From: the human T2T-CHM13v2.0 reference genome, Homo sapiens
NCBI RefSeq assembly: GCF_009914755.1
Contig: NC_060944.1
Direction: 5' to 3' (one strand)
DNA: 64,000 nucleotides
The position numbers and the translations under genes are program-made. Shown here one piece after another: positions 34,880-50,229 of this stretch (positions are counted from its first letter, which is position 1; the number at the start of each line of letters is the position of its first letter). The notes under the pieces are model-generated. The model did no database searches. It was given only the letters and a program-made list of their open reading frames with translations, and was not told the DNA's origin.

Positions 34880-37800
34880 TCTGATTTATTAATATTTTTA
34901 CAATTAAATAGAATCTGATTGTAAAACTGTTACATGTGTTGTAAGAAAAAAAGAAAAAAAGGAAGGATATAGAAATGTACAAAGAAGGAAATAAAAGACT
35001 GGAAGCGTCCTCACCTTAGGGACCCATTATTAACGCTTAGGTGGCCAATCTTCCAGACATCTTGCTACGAATATATTCAAACGGGAATTAAAAATGTACT
35101 TTTACACAAGTGCAATCAGACCTTGTACTCCTCTATCCCATAACCTACTTTTTCATTCAACACTATGACAGAAGCGTCTTTCCAGGTCCATAAATAAAGG
35201 TAGGCCTCATCGTTTTTTATCAATTACATAAAGCTAATGGTATATAATACTGATTTCATACCTGCTATATGCCAGGCACATACATGATCTTGCATAATCT
35301 CATAATGACTCTACAGAACGGGAGTTTGTATTATGCCCATTAAGCAGATGAACAGGCTGTGGCACAAGAAAATTGATCAGCACTGCCAGGGTATCTGACC
35401 TCAGAGCCCAGGATCTTGACTAGTAGGCTAGAAATGAACATAATTTACTTACCAGTTTTCCAGTGATGGACATTAAGCCATTTCCTACTTTTCTGGTATA
35501 AAAAATAAGATTGCAGTGAAACTTTAGGGCATATACATCTTTGCACGTTAGTGAGTTCTCTCTAAGTTAACCTGAAAGCGGTGGGCTGTGGAGTTTGTGG
35601 GTCAAAGTGTATGCTCGATTTATGCTTTACTATGTGCCCGACTTCCCTCCAGGCAGCATGTGCCAGCTCACACTCCCAACAGCTGCGCAGGAGAATTTCC
35701 AGTGCCCCACGACCTTGTCAATACTAGGCTTCCTCATCAGTTTTTTCTCTCCTTTATTTTTCTTTAGGAAAAAAAAAACAGCCTTTGAAAAAAATTGTAC
35801 GAACAAGTGCAATGTGTGCTTGTAAGTGCTTCACCAAATGTAGATCCACCCGGTGTTAACCTTTTGCCACATCTGCTCTCTATTAGTTTTTATCACACTT
35901 TGGAATTATCTATAGACATCATAACACTTGATGCCTAAATGCTTTGGTGTGTGTCTCTTAAGAACAAAGACACACCCTTACCTAAGCATAATATAATTGG
36001 TACACTTGGGAATTGCTAAAATACATTGCTAAAATACAGTTTTCTAATACAGAATCTATATCAAGTCATTGAATAAACACACTTCTTGACTTAAAATGAG
36101 ATTACATCCCATAAACCCATAATAAGTTGAAAAAATGTAAGTAAAAATGCATTTAATACACTAAATCTGCTGAATATTATAACAATTTTGCCTACATTAA
36201 ATGTGCTCAGAACACTTACATTAGCCTACGGTTGGAAAAAATTATCCAACACAAAGCCTATTTTATAATAAAGTGTTAGATATCACATGTAATGTATGGA
36301 ATACTGTACTGAAAGTGAAAAACAGAATGGTTTTATGGGTTCTCACAATACGGTTTCCACTGAATGCCTATCACTTTTGCACCATTGTAAAACTGAAGAA
36401 TTGTAAGTTGAACAATTGTAAGTTGGGGACTGTCTGTACTTAACAGATTTTTGTCTTGATCCAGAATGGAATCAAGGGTCACATATTGAGTTTCGCAGTC
36501 ATGTCTCTTGAATCCAGAACAGATCTCCAGTCTTTTTGTGGTCTCTCATGACATTGGCATTTTGAAGAGTTTTATAGAGTGTACTTAGACCTGGATTTAC
36601 CTGATTGAGCCTCAGGATTAGATTTAGCATAAATATTGTTGGCAGGCATATTATATAGATGCTGTTGCTTCCTTCTCAGGGCGTCATATCAGGAGGAACA
36701 ACAAGATGTCAATTTGTCCACAATTTGTGACATTAACTTTGATCACTCAGTTAAGTGAGTGTCTGCTATATTTCTCCATTGGAAATGTACCCTGATCTTT
36801 TGTGATTATTAAGTGACCTACTGGGTGATACTTTGAGACAGAATATCGTGCTTCCCAGCAATCTCTTACCCAGTGATTTTAGTATCTATTGATCATTCTT
36901 GCCTGGATCAGTTGCTGTTTTGCTGGCTATAAAGTGCTCTTTCATTTCCCATTCTTTCTACTTTTAAAAAAAGTTATCACTCTTCTATAAAGAAAAACTT
37001 CTTATCCTATCCCTCAACTTTTTTAGTATCAGATTGTACTCAAGGCTTCTTTCTCTATCCAGTGTATTTCTGTAACTATCCATTTTGACAGCCAGATCAT
37101 CCCAAATTTGGCAAGTGGCAGCCCCTTCAAGCTGGACCTGTGTCCTCTGAGCCCCTCTCTGCTCTCTGGCACGAGATGCTCCAGGCTCATCTTGCATTTT
37201 CCTTGCCTCAGGCCTGGCATCAGCCATTTCTCCAGGAGCCCTCCCATCTTTGTTTATATATTTATTAATATTTAATCTCTCTTATTATTATTAGTTTTAA
37301 AATTTATATAAAATAAAGTTGGCGTTTTTTGTGTAGTTGTAGGAATCTTAATATAGGTATAGGTTTGTGAAGCCACCACTGTAATTGAGATACAGAACAA
37401 CTCCAAATCATCAAGTTACACACCTTAAATATATACAATTTTTAATTGTCAGCTATACCTCAGTAAAACTGGGGAGAAAATATACAGTTTCATGCCCAGA
37501 AGCTACTTTGTGCTTCCTGTTTGTGGTCAAACACATCCTTCATCCCTGACAGCTGCTGACCTTATCTCTGTCTTCATAGTTTTACCTCTTCTAGAATGTT
37601 ACAAGAATGAGATCGCACAATATGCAGCCTTTTGAGTCTGGCTTCTACTTTCACTTAGCATAATGCCTTTGAGATTCAGCTGTTGCATGCATCAATAATT
37701 CGTTCCTTTTTATTGCTGAGTGGTAGATATTCCATCATGTGGATGAACCACGGTTTGCTTATCCATTTACCCATTAAGACAAATGGGTTGTGTCCAGTTT

Positions 37801-38080
37801 TTGTTGATTAAGAATAGAGCTGCATAAACATTTATGTATAGGGTTTTCTTGCATGAACGTAAGTTTTCATTTCTCTTGGGTAGGTGCCTCGGAGTGGGAT
37901 TGCTGAGTCACACAGTAAGTGTATGTTTCACTTTTTAAAAGCTGTCAAGCCTCTTCCAGAGCAGCCAAGCCAGTCTGCGTTTCCACCAGCAATTTCTGAG
38001 AGTTCCAGTTGCTCTGCGTCCTTGCCAGTGCTTGGTATTGCCAGGTTTTTTATTTTTTAACCCATTCTAAAATATGTTTA
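34880..38080 (-). mobile_element. Cluster of old L1M (ME/MC/MB) 3' fragments with nested MIR and MER47
   Basis: Multiple reverse L1 3'UTR motifs, e.g. 'cccaaatttggcaagtggcagccccttcaagctgg' and 'tttcacttagcataatgcctttgagattca'. Confidence 0.65.
36076..36435. mobile_element. MER47 (Tigger-family MITE)
   Basis: 'acatcccataaacccataataagttg...gtgctcagaacacttacattagcctac...gtaagttggggactgtctg', followed by TA. Confidence 0.85.
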
Positions 38081-38542
38081 GTGCCCCCCATTTTTTTTAT
38101 CTTTGTAAATGTTATAGGTGAATTTTAAAAGTCAATCTCAATATATATTGGCTGTTAATAATACTATTAATACCTATTACTGTTAATAATGCTAATAAGT
38201 AACTATCAAATCTCATAGATGAAAAAGATGATTTATGATCTTTAAAATTTTGCATTTTTATTATTAGGAAAGTCAGAAGGGCTCAATTTTAAACAGAGAG
38301 AGAAGCGGATAGAGAAGTGTGTTCTTGCCTGAAGGTGTCTTTCATCTTGGGCTGCCTCTATCTATTTCTGGGATCACTGGCGGCCCTTGTACTCCTATCC
38401 TCAGCTCTTTCTGTAGGCTTTTTCATTTCATTGAGGACATGGATGGGAAAGAATGTCCAGCCCATTCTCTCTCCCTCTTTTGATTAAAAGGAGGGGAGGC
38501 AGAAGTGGAAAGGGCAAAACCAATTACAGGTTGTAGCGTACA

Positions 38543-40650
<2,108 letters not shown>

Positions 40651-41914
40651 ATAGAGTGTGGTTATCAGAGCATGGAGTCATGTTCCTACATAGTGCTTAA
40701 AACTTCCACTAGGAATTATCATGCTCAATTCAGCTTGTTCCAGCTCTAGAAAAACGAGTATCAGCTAGGCTGTAGGTACCAGGCTGCACTTCTGACAAAT
40801 AAACAAGACCCTAGCCTTGTTTTCAAGAAGCTCATTCTAGTGGAGACAGGGTGGGAAGGAGACACAGACAAAACCAGCCATGGGGGTTAATGTGTCTTAA
40901 CAAAATGACACATAAGTCTGACCCAGGAAGAAAAGGAGATAGCTTTCAGAGGCCAGAGCTGAGCTCTGAGTAACTGTGGCTGCCGGAAACTGCCTCTTCC
41001 TTTCCAGCACTGGCTTTCCCAACCTGAAAAACTGGTTCAGTCTCACATGTGGATCCTGAGGACATTTAAAGAAGACATTTTACAGCCGTCCAGGGAACTC
41101 TGATGAGATCTGAAATGTTCTGTTGGTTCTGCAGCTATAAAATAACCTGCCTAGCACAGAAACATATAGCAACCATGCCTGAAAGAATGAATCTGGCTTT
41201 TGAAAGTGCTCAAATAGAAATCTGTTTACTGAGCAAAGCCATCATCCTGGCTGACTTACAGAAAATTGATAGCACCATTGTCCAAGATTCATGCTGTCTC
41301 CTGGCACATCAGAGACAGCCCTGGGGCACTTGATATCTGAGGTCATTTTCTTGGAGTTAAGGGACACTGTCCATGGGAACCACAAACTACACTGGTCCAA
41401 ACATTTGGTCAATGCAGCATACATACAAAGCCTGATTCATCTAGGAAAGCCACCTTCTCATCCTTTGGCAATGTGTCAGCATTTATGTAGCGGGGACTCT
41501 TTCTTCCCAGATTTTTACCTAATATAGAGCTTTAGTGGTGGTTCATAGTGAGTGCTTTCATCAGTCAGGAGATAAAACCATACCTTTTAACAGGCATAAT
41601 TTTATATAAAAATTGTTAACTGGGTTCTTTCGCAGAAAGGCAAAAAGAGAACTCTAAGAAATCATGGTGGTGGCAACTGCAGGAAATAGCTACTTCCCCT
41701 AGGGGTGATGAAATAGAAGGAAGAACAGAAAACTATTAAAATGTAGAAGCTCAGAGGAGGGGCCCCATGGAGCTGGGACTAAGATATCTGAGTGAGGCCG
41801 CATTGAAACTGGGTCTGTGTATACTGTAAAAACTGCAAACTGGATGGAGTCACTGCTACAGGAAAGAACTTCCAGTGCCTGGGTTATCATTGAGGAAGTG
41901 ATGCAGACAATAAG

Positions 41915-42005
41915 AGGAAGTATTCAGGAATAGGAGCTAATCAGAAACATGAAGTGCTCAGGAACAGGAAGTATTCAGGAGCAGGAAGTACTCAGGAACA
42001 GGAAG
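41915..42005. repeat. 17-bp minisatellite, ~5.3 copies (consensus aggaagtaYtcaggaac)
   Basis: Units start at 41915, 41932, 41949, 41966, 41983 and 42000. Confidence 0.85.
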
Positions 42006-42316
42006 AAGAGGGCCACTTTCCCTTCCCCAGCCTCACGGTCTCCTTTTACTACTCACTCTTGGTGGATCCCAAGGAGCAGCTGGCTGGGCAGAATGGTGGA
42101 TGCAGAGTTCTAGCCCTGGCATTACAAAGCTGGGTAGAAAAGGATAAGTTTGGAGCTTAGAGATAATAGCTCAATAACTGGCAAATTGTTCAATAGATAT
42201 TTTTGAGTGACTGGATAATTTTACATGCAATAAAAGTCCAAGCTTTGACTTTCATTCAAAAATTTATTAACATTCCTGGGATTGCTTTCTCATGGGGAAT
42301 TCTCATTTGTGCCAGA

Positions 42317-42623
42317 CTCTCTCTCTCTCTTTCCTTCCTTCCTTCCTTCTTTGCTTACTTCCTTCTTTTCTTTTCTTCCTTCCTTTTCCCCCTTCTTCCC
42401 TTTTCCCTCCCTCCCTCCCTCCCTCTTTCTCTCCCTTCCTTCCCTCCCTTCCCTTCCTTCCCTCCCTTCCCTTCCTTTCCCTTCCCTTCCCTTCTCCTTC
42501 CTTTTTTCCTTCCTTTCTTCCTTCCTTCCTTCTTTCCTTTCTCTTTCTTATTTTTTCCTTTCTTCCTTCCTCCCTCCCTCCCTATCTCTGTGTCTTGTTT
42601 CTTTTCTTTCTTTGTTTCTTTCT
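42317..42623. repeat. CT-rich (CCTT/CCCT) low-complexity tract
   Basis: About 300 bp of nearly pure polypyrimidine. Confidence 0.95.
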
Positions 42624-42930
42624 GAAATTTGGCCTCAATGAAACTTCTGAGACAATTTAGCATCCTCAATTGTTTTCACTGCCTCCGTCTCTATGTTCTG
42701 ACCTTCCCCATGTCTGTTCTGGGGTATTGCAGGTTTCTGTGACAGTGACAGAATGTGACTGATAGCACCTCTTGGCCCATGGAATCCCAGACCAGGACTC
42801 AGAGCCCCACATTTCTTATCCTTGGATAAAGCATATGACTTCTTTGAGGCTCACTTTTCATGAAATGGGAATGAGAATATGGTCTTCACCCATCTTACAT
42901 AGATGTTATTAAGATAGAAATGAGACATAA

Positions 42931-43238
42931 GGCTGGGGGTGGTGGGTGACACCTGTAATCCCAGCACTTTGAGAGGCCAAGGTGGGGTGATAGCTGGAGG
43001 CCATGAGTTCAAAACCAGCCTGAGCAAGAAAGCAAGACCCCATCTCTACAAAAAATTAAAAACTTAGCTGGGTGTGGTGGCGTGCACCTGTAGTCTCAGC
43101 TACTTAGGAAACTGAGGTGGGAGGATCTCTTGAGCTTGGGAATTTGAGGTTGCAATGGGCTGTGATCACACCACTGTATTTGCCCAGGTGACAGGTGAGA
43201 CTCTGTCTCTAAATTAAAAAAAACAAAAACCAAAAAAC
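42931..43238 (+). mobile_element. AluJ inserted in a MIR
   Basis: Dimeric Alu; TSD aaatgaga(c/t)ataa at 42918-42930 and 43239-43251. Confidence 0.92.
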
Positions 43239-44047
43239 AAATGAGATATAAGATGGATAAATGAATTAAAAACTTTCCTAGGTGAAGTTTGCTGATTGAA
43301 CATATGTCTCTGCATTTTTCTCCTCCTAAAGTCCCACTGGAATAATAACAAGCAATGGATTGTTTTGAAAAAGGCAAAACCGACTACAATGGAAAAAATG
43401 GGAGAAGAAATGACAACAACATGGTTTGGGAGTTGGAATACAGACAGATGAGTGGTAACTGATGAAAGAAAACAAAGCTCAGAAGGCCGTAGTGGGGAAA
43501 ATTATAAAACAGCAGATGTGTGCTGCAAATTCCACAAAACTTGGGAACTAGGGGCAGCAGGTACCTCTGAAATTGGGGGTAAGGCAGAAAGACTCAAATA
43601 AGAAGGATGTGTTTAGCAAGCACTCAGATCTCTATGTCTTCACCCCACTGTGGGCAGCCAGGCCACTGCCCACCTCTCTTAGCAAAGACTGGCTGGAGAG
43701 GGTAAGGCATGGTCTCTGGACACCTGGGCTGTGCACTGCAGCAGTGCGATGAGGGACAGCTGGATGCTGACGAGCCTCGGCCCGCTTTCCTGACCTGGCT
43801 CCCAGGATGCTGCAGTCAGTCTTCACCTTCCAGTCAGGAGACCTGGAGAGTGTTCTCTCGGGAGTCTGTCCAGCCAAAGAAGAAAGAGTTAAAGGTACTG
43901 AAATCAGCAGTTTCCCAGAAACATGGCCCATCTGGAGTCTCCTACAGTGGAGCTGCAGATGCTGAGTGTGGTTCTTGCACTCTGATCTTCCAATTAGCAT
44001 TTAGTTCCTTACTCTGAAATGCTAGCAGAAAACTAAGAGTTACTAAT

Positions 44048-44489
44048 GGGATTCATTTCCTATGACTACTATAACGAATTACCATCAACTTGGGGCTTGA
44101 AACAATACACATTTATTTTCTTGCAGGTCTGGAGGCTAGAAGTCTGAAATCAATTTCACTGTGTCAAGGCAAGGTATTGGCCAGGCTGGTTCCTGCTAGA
44201 GAGTCCAAGGAATATGTTCCTTTGCCTTTTCCAGCTTCTGGAGGTGCTTAGATTTCTTGGCTTACGGCCCCTTCACTCCAATTTTTGCTTCTGTTGTCAC
44301 ATGGCCTTCTGTCTCTGTTGATCTTGCCTCCTTCTTTTAAGGACCCTGGTAATTAAGTTTAGGTCTTGCTGAGATAATGCAGGATGATCTCCTCATCTGA
44401 AGATTCTTAACTTGATCTGAAAAGTTCCTTTTGTTATATACAAGTCCTGGAGATTAGGGCATGGGAAGCCCATTATTCAGCATATCACA
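44048..44489 (-). mobile_element. MLT1 (B/C-like) MaLR solo LTR
   Basis: 'ataacgaattaccatcaacttggggcttgaaacaa...tctggaggctagaagtctgaaatca...cattattcagcatatcaca'. Confidence 0.85.
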
Positions 44490-44753
44490 ACTGTCTCATG
44501 AATAATCAGGATTTTCTTGAAAGTAAGCCTAAGGCCTCCAGATGGACATAGAATCATCCTATTATGTACCACTTTGAGGGGGCGGAATTAAGAAAATAGT
44601 CACAAATAATTTTCTATGATCTGTGGTTCAAAAGAAGAACCTAGTTGAGAAAGACAGACTTAGAATAAAATAAAGGTGAAAGTAATCAGACAGAAGAGGC
44701 ACAGAATAGTTAGGAAGAAGACACTCTAGAAACAGACTATTAATACTTTACGG

Positions 44754-45112
44754 CAGTGGCCCGCAACCTTTCTGACACCAGGCACTGGTTTCATGGAAGA
44801 CAATGTTTCCACTAGGGGGATTGAGGGGGTTGGGGGTCGGGATGGTTTTGGGATGAAACTGTTCCACCTCAGATCATCAGGCATTAGATTCTCATAAGGA
44901 GCACACAACCTAGATCCCTTGCATGTGCAGCTCACAATAGGGTTCACACTCCTATGAAAATCTAATGCTGCCAGCGATCTGACGGGAGGCGGAGCTCAGG
45001 CAGTAATGCTCATTCACCAGCCACTCACCTTCTGCTGCGTAGCCTGGTTCCTAACACACCATGGACCTGGCTTATGGCCCCTGGTTTGCATCCCAGGGAT
45101 TGGGGACCCCTG
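44754..45112. mobile_element. MER1B (hAT-Charlie)
   Basis: 'caacctttctgacaccaggcactggtttcatggaagacaa...gattctcataaggagc...ttggggacccctg'; degenerate 8-bp TSD ctttacgg/ctttgggg. Confidence 0.92.
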
Positions 45113-45542
45113 CTTTGGGGAGATAAGAAAATAAACTGCAATAATCAAAAGAGAACGAGATGTTATAAAAAACGTTCAGAGAATACAAATAAACTCTTGG
45201 AAATGAAAATAACATAGCAGCAAAGAAAACCTCAAAATAAGTTTCCAGATAAAGTTGAGGTATTCTTACAAAAAACAGAGCAAAAAGAAATAGATGGAAA
45301 CTAGAAGAGAAAAGAAAATTAGAGAACGAGTCCAACAGACCCAACATCTGATTAATAGAAGTTGCAGAAATAGGATTAAAGAATACTTATGGAATAAAAT
45401 AATAAATGGAAAAAATTCAAAAAACTTTCCAAGTTTTTTAGAACATAAGTTTTCAGATTGGAGGGGTCCCCCAAGTTTCTATCATAATGGGTGAAAATAG
45501 GCCTATGACAAGGCACATCATCACTGTGGTCAAAAAGAAGAG

Positions 45543-45797
45543 GTATATCTATCTATATCTATAGATATATGTATATCTATCTATATCTGTAGATATACGT
45601 ATATCTATCTGTATCTATAGTTATATGTATATCTATATCTGTAGATATACGTATATCTATCTATATCTGTAGGTATACGTATATCTATATCTGTAGATAT
45701 ACGTATATCTATTTATATCTGTAGGTATACGTATATCTATCTATATCTGTAGGTATACGTATATCTATCTATATCTATATCTATACCTACATCTATA
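45543..45797. repeat. AT-rich minisatellite, 24-28 bp unit (gtatatctatctatatctgtagRtatac)
   Basis: Roughly 9 tandem units visible. Confidence 0.92.
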
Positions 45798-46986
45798 GAG
45801 AGGCTTATAAAGAACCTAGGATTAGGAAGGCTTTGAAGTTCTCAATGCCAACTAGAAGGCAATGAAGCATGCTTTCAAACTAGTGAAGAAAAATGATCTC
45901 CAACTAGAATTCTACTCCCAGCTGAACCACCACCAAAAGCTATTCAAGGTGTGTGTTCCATCAAAATTACAGAGTAAATCCAAAAAAGGAAGACAAGAGG
46001 TATAGGAATGAGAAGTTCCAACACAGGAGGTTACCGAGTGGCAGCAGACTCTGGAAAAGACCTGTTGCATTTGGCTGTGCAGGATGTACACTGCTCAACT
46101 TCTGATCATGCCATTCTTTTCATTTTCTCTGTGGATGACATAGAAATAGAGAGAAATCAGGACAATTTAGAGCCCCTCTGAAGGCTCCTGGGGAGACCTC
46201 CTTAGGAAATTAAAATCAATAGAAAACCTCATGCAGTAAGAAGAAATTTAGACAATTGATAGCATTTGTGATTGAGTGAACGATAAATACACAGAAATCT
46301 AAGCAAATCAAAAGAAAACAATGATTAACTTTGGAGTATTAATAACTACAAAAATTAAATCATAATAAGATCTGAGGAGTATTTACATATTCATAATAAT
46401 TCAAGCACTGATGATTTATCTCTAACTACAAATTTTGAAATAATTATGTTGGGAGAGCCAGGGTTATGGGAAAGTGGCGTGTGTGCAGAGGGGTGATATA
46501 AAAGTCAAGATGTAGCAATAAAAACATATTCTTCAAGAAAGGTTAGCATATGCCAAAACAGTCAGCTAAGATCCATGAAGGGGGCTGATGAGTAGGGGCA
46601 ATGATATTTTACAACAAAACTTGAATTGTTACGCTCTTTAAACTGTATGTATTTGTAACTTTGCTAAAAATAGAAACTAGTAAAAGTTTTAAAAGTTCTT
46701 TCAACTCTGGGAAAGTCATTTAATCTCTCTTAGCCTCGATTTTATCTGGGTGAGTGTGCACAGGGGCATATGTGTATCACTCCTGGCACAGCTGAAGTGC
46801 AGAGTGAAGGCTAGTGTTACACATGTCATCAGCATCATTGTGAGCTGATGTTACTGCCATAGAGCTTGCTATGCACAGAGTTGGTGTTTGAGTCAGAGCA
46901 GCAAAACTGAGTCCCTGGTACACATCATTTAATTACCTGCACCTGTGCTCCCCTCTTACTTCTGGCGTGCCAGGAATTGCTTACAT

Positions 46987-47486
46987 TGACACTGGCCCAA
47001 TTGTCCCATGTAACTAATGTTTATGGTTTCTTTTAAATAAACATAGAAATTGACTCTCCCAATCTTAAAACTTGAGAAAGTTACATTTGTCTTACCTGAG
47101 TTTCTTCCTCAGGAAACCAATAATCAGGCCTCCCAGATTATATCAAGGACCTGAAACTCATCAGATCACTAGATCTGGACAATGAGATGCCAGACCACCC
47201 CCCCACACCTGTCATGACTGCCTGACCGGCCACCTGCTTCCTGTGGACCAGTTCCTCTCCCCTACCCTCCCTAATACCTATTTTCCCACACATGGTTACA
47301 TTTCTTCCTTGCTATATAAACCCCTAATTTAAGTCAGTTGAGGAGATGGATTTGAGATTGATTTCCCATTTCCTCAGCTGCAGCACTGAATTAAAGCCTT
47401 CTTTCCTGGCAATACTCATCTCAGTGATTGGCTTTCTGTGCTGCAAGCAATGGGACCTAGACCGAAACTCTGGTGTTTTGGTAACA
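46987..47486 (+). mobile_element. ERV1-class solo LTR (LTR26-like)
   Basis: TG...CA termini; TATA-like 'ctatataaac' and polyA-like 'attaaa'; same family as 17570-18066. Confidence 0.85.
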
Positions 47487-48099
47487 TCAGAAGGAGAGGT
47501 TATGCCCAGGCGTGCATGATGGTTGAGGCCAGAGTTGGGGATCCTGTCCATTCCCATGGCTGGGAAAAGAAGCTTTCTGGTCTTGGAGAGGAGGCAAATC
47601 TTTAGCTCTTGGAGAAACATTAGAGATAACCCACGTGGAAGCAATGGTGCCAGTAGACCAAGGCAACACAGCTTTGTTCAGTGAACAATGACAATGAGGA
47701 AGTCAGTCATTTCTAACCTGGGAACAGCTGGCAGCAACCTGGTACCTGTCTGAGCTCATCCCTGGTGCTGAGGTCTGGAGATGCAGAGATTGTTCTGGAT
47801 ACTCTTTTAGAAATGTGGGCTCCTAAGGACGTGTCAGGGATCATCTCCCCCGGTCCAGACCAGGAAGGGCTCTAGACCAAAGGGCTCTGGGACAAAAGTC
47901 CATTCTCCTAATCAGACTCCAAGGGCCACAACAGCTGAGAAAGGGCGGTCTGGCTGTAAGTAGAGCAAGCTCTACAAACACGTGCGAAGGAAGGCCGCAC
48001 TTCCCTGTCTCTCTCTCCCACCATCTGGAAAGCTGGTGAATATTTCCCATCATCATCATCTCTCATTTCTATCTTTGTGTGTCCTTAAGTAACCACATT

Positions 48100-48550
48100 G
48101 TATTGTGAGGGAGTGTAAGGAACATGGGTTCAAAATTTTGAAACAGGAAGACTGGATTCAAGAATAGCCCATGTTATCCCTGACTGTGTGATTCTGTGTA
48201 ATTTTATCTCTCTGAGTTTTCATTTCCTTGTCTATGGAATAGGGGTAACAATCGCTTCCCCAGCTACTGCAAAAGGTTTAACACAGCTTAACTAAAAGGT
48301 TTGACAAAGGGCAAATGGTACAGCATAGGTCAAAACTGCTTTGTAAGGACCTGAGAGGCAGGAAGGAAACCAGCATTTATAGAGCGCCCAGCCAGTAGCA
48401 GGTGCACGGTAGCTACGGTGATACCTGCCCTTGATATATATTCTCTTCTTCACATTGATATGGGTGCTGTAAGTGTTAGGACTTTTTCTATGGAGCAAGA
48501 AACTGAAGGTGGCAGGGAGAATAACTGCCTAAGTCACATGTGAGTGGATG
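48100..48550. mobile_element. Two MIR fragments
   Basis: 'ctctctgagttttcatttccttgtctatggaatagggg' (plus) and 'ggagcaagaaactgaagg...aactgcctaagtcaca' (minus). Confidence 0.6.
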
Positions 48551-48559
48551 TGTGAATGA

Positions 48560-49070
48560 GGTCCTCAGGATGTCACTGGCTGGGTGCTGGGGCTTCAGTA
48601 ATGAACAAGCCATTATATCCCACTGGTGGGAAATGAAAAATAAAGAAGTTAATAAATAAACCAGACAAGTATAGAAAAAATACTATGCAAAAAATAAATG
48701 AGTACATGTAAGATGGGGCTGTCTCACACTAAGGGGTCAGGAAGGGGCTTTCTGAGGAGGTGATATTGGCACTGAGACCTGAACAACCAGAAGAATCAGC
48801 CATGTAAGGATTGTGGGGAAAGGCATCCCAGGAGACGAGAAGAGCAAATGCAAAATCCCCAAGGGGTATTGAGGTGTGTGCATATGAGGGGCAGAGAAAA
48901 CCAACACAGCCGCCACACTGTGAGCAAAAGGTAGGGAGAGGATGTTGTAGAAGATGAGGATACAGAGGCTTATAGGAGCCCTTCTGGGCCTTAAAGGTCA
49001 CAGCAAGGAGACTGATGTTCATTTGAGGTGCGTTGGGAAGACACTGGACAGGTCTAGGCAGGGGCTGCTC
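48560..49070 (-). mobile_element. L2 fragment
   Basis: 'ggtcaggaaggggctttctgaggaggtgatattggcactgagacctgaa...cagccatgtaagga'. Confidence 0.75.
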
Positions 49071-49601
49071 TGTCTGGTTTGTACTCTTGGTGTGGTCATT
49101 GTTACATGGTTTTGTGTTTGGCGGCTCCCCAGGCTTTGTTTCCATTAACATCAAGTTGCTGGGAGAAATCGCACAGCTGGGGGATCCTCCTCTCCACCCA
49201 TGGTTTCAGCACTTGCCTGCCACCCCTAACCAACTTTAGGCATTGGGGGTGGTGTTGGGGTGGGGGTGGCTGTAGGGAAAGAAAGAGTCAGGGCAAAACC
49301 CCTAAGGCAAAAAGAAGTGCTCTTCTTCCCTGCCAGTAGTGAACCAACCATCAAAGCAGGGAGCTGGTGATCACTAGAGAAGGCAGTCCTGAAATCTTTG
49401 GCAACAAGCACCAACAAGCACCAACAAGCCATCAACAGCCTAGCAGTTCTGTTGTTGTAAATAAAGACCTTCTATCCTTCTACCAACTGGGGTGGGCTTT
49501 TTTGGCCAATAACAGACACATGGAATTTCAGGACCTCCTCAAAAAATACTTTCATTGATCTACCTCTGAGGACAAATAAATAAAAAATATAAAGAAATAT
49601 T

Positions 49602-49898
49602 GACTGAGTGTGGTGGCTCATGCCTGTAATCTCAACATTTTGGGAGGCCAAGGTGGGAGGATGGCTTGAGCCCAGGAGTTTGAGAGCAGCTTGGACAATG
49701 TAGTGAGACCCCAATCTCTACAGAAAAATTAAAAATTAGCTGAGTATGATGGCATGCACCTATGGTCCCAGCTACTTGGGAGGCAGAGGTGGGAGGATTC
49801 CTTGATCCCGGAGGTCAAGGCTGCAGTGAGCTGTGATTATGCCACTGCATGATCATGGCTCACTGCCCTCCAGTCTGGGCGACAGTGTGAGACCCTGT

Positions 49899-49933
<35 letters not shown>

Positions 49934-49945
49934 GAAAAAAGAAAA
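49602..49945 (+). mobile_element. AluJ with an internal inverted insertion
   Basis: Dimeric Alu with an A/GAAAA tail; extra 'atgatcatggctcactgc' in the right arm. Confidence 0.92.
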
Positions 49946-50229
49946 ATATTAATAAAAACATTTTTGCAAGGTAATTATTTGGTAAAATATGTATTTCTAC
50001 ATAATAATTGATACATATGAAAGACTCTAATATATTTCATTTTGAATTGATGAAGCATTGTATTAAAATAAACATTGAACCCACCATCCACCTTGAGAAA
50101 GTGTACATTACTAAAACTGTTGAAATTAACTGTATGTATCTCCCTGATTCCACTCACTTACCTTCCCTGGAAGGTAACGTCTACATTACATTATTTGGAA
50201 GTACAAAATTTATTTTTCCTTCTTCCTTT

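Larger units (their letters stand above)
43270..46700 (+). mobile_element. Old L1M remnant (5'UTR/ORF1 region) with nested MLT1, MER1B and a minisatellite
   Basis: 5' end 'gattgaacatatgtctctgcatttttctcctcctaaagtcccactgg'; A-rich ORF1-like sequence such as 'tttcagattggagggg' and 'caactagaattctac'. Confidence 0.55.

Noticed and set aside
41915-42005. CRISPR-like repeat
   Set aside because: Head-to-tail units without unique spacers; an ordinary minisatellite.
42203-42669. Pro/Phe/Ser-rich and Lys/Gly-rich ORFs
   Set aside because: Artefact of the CT-rich tract.
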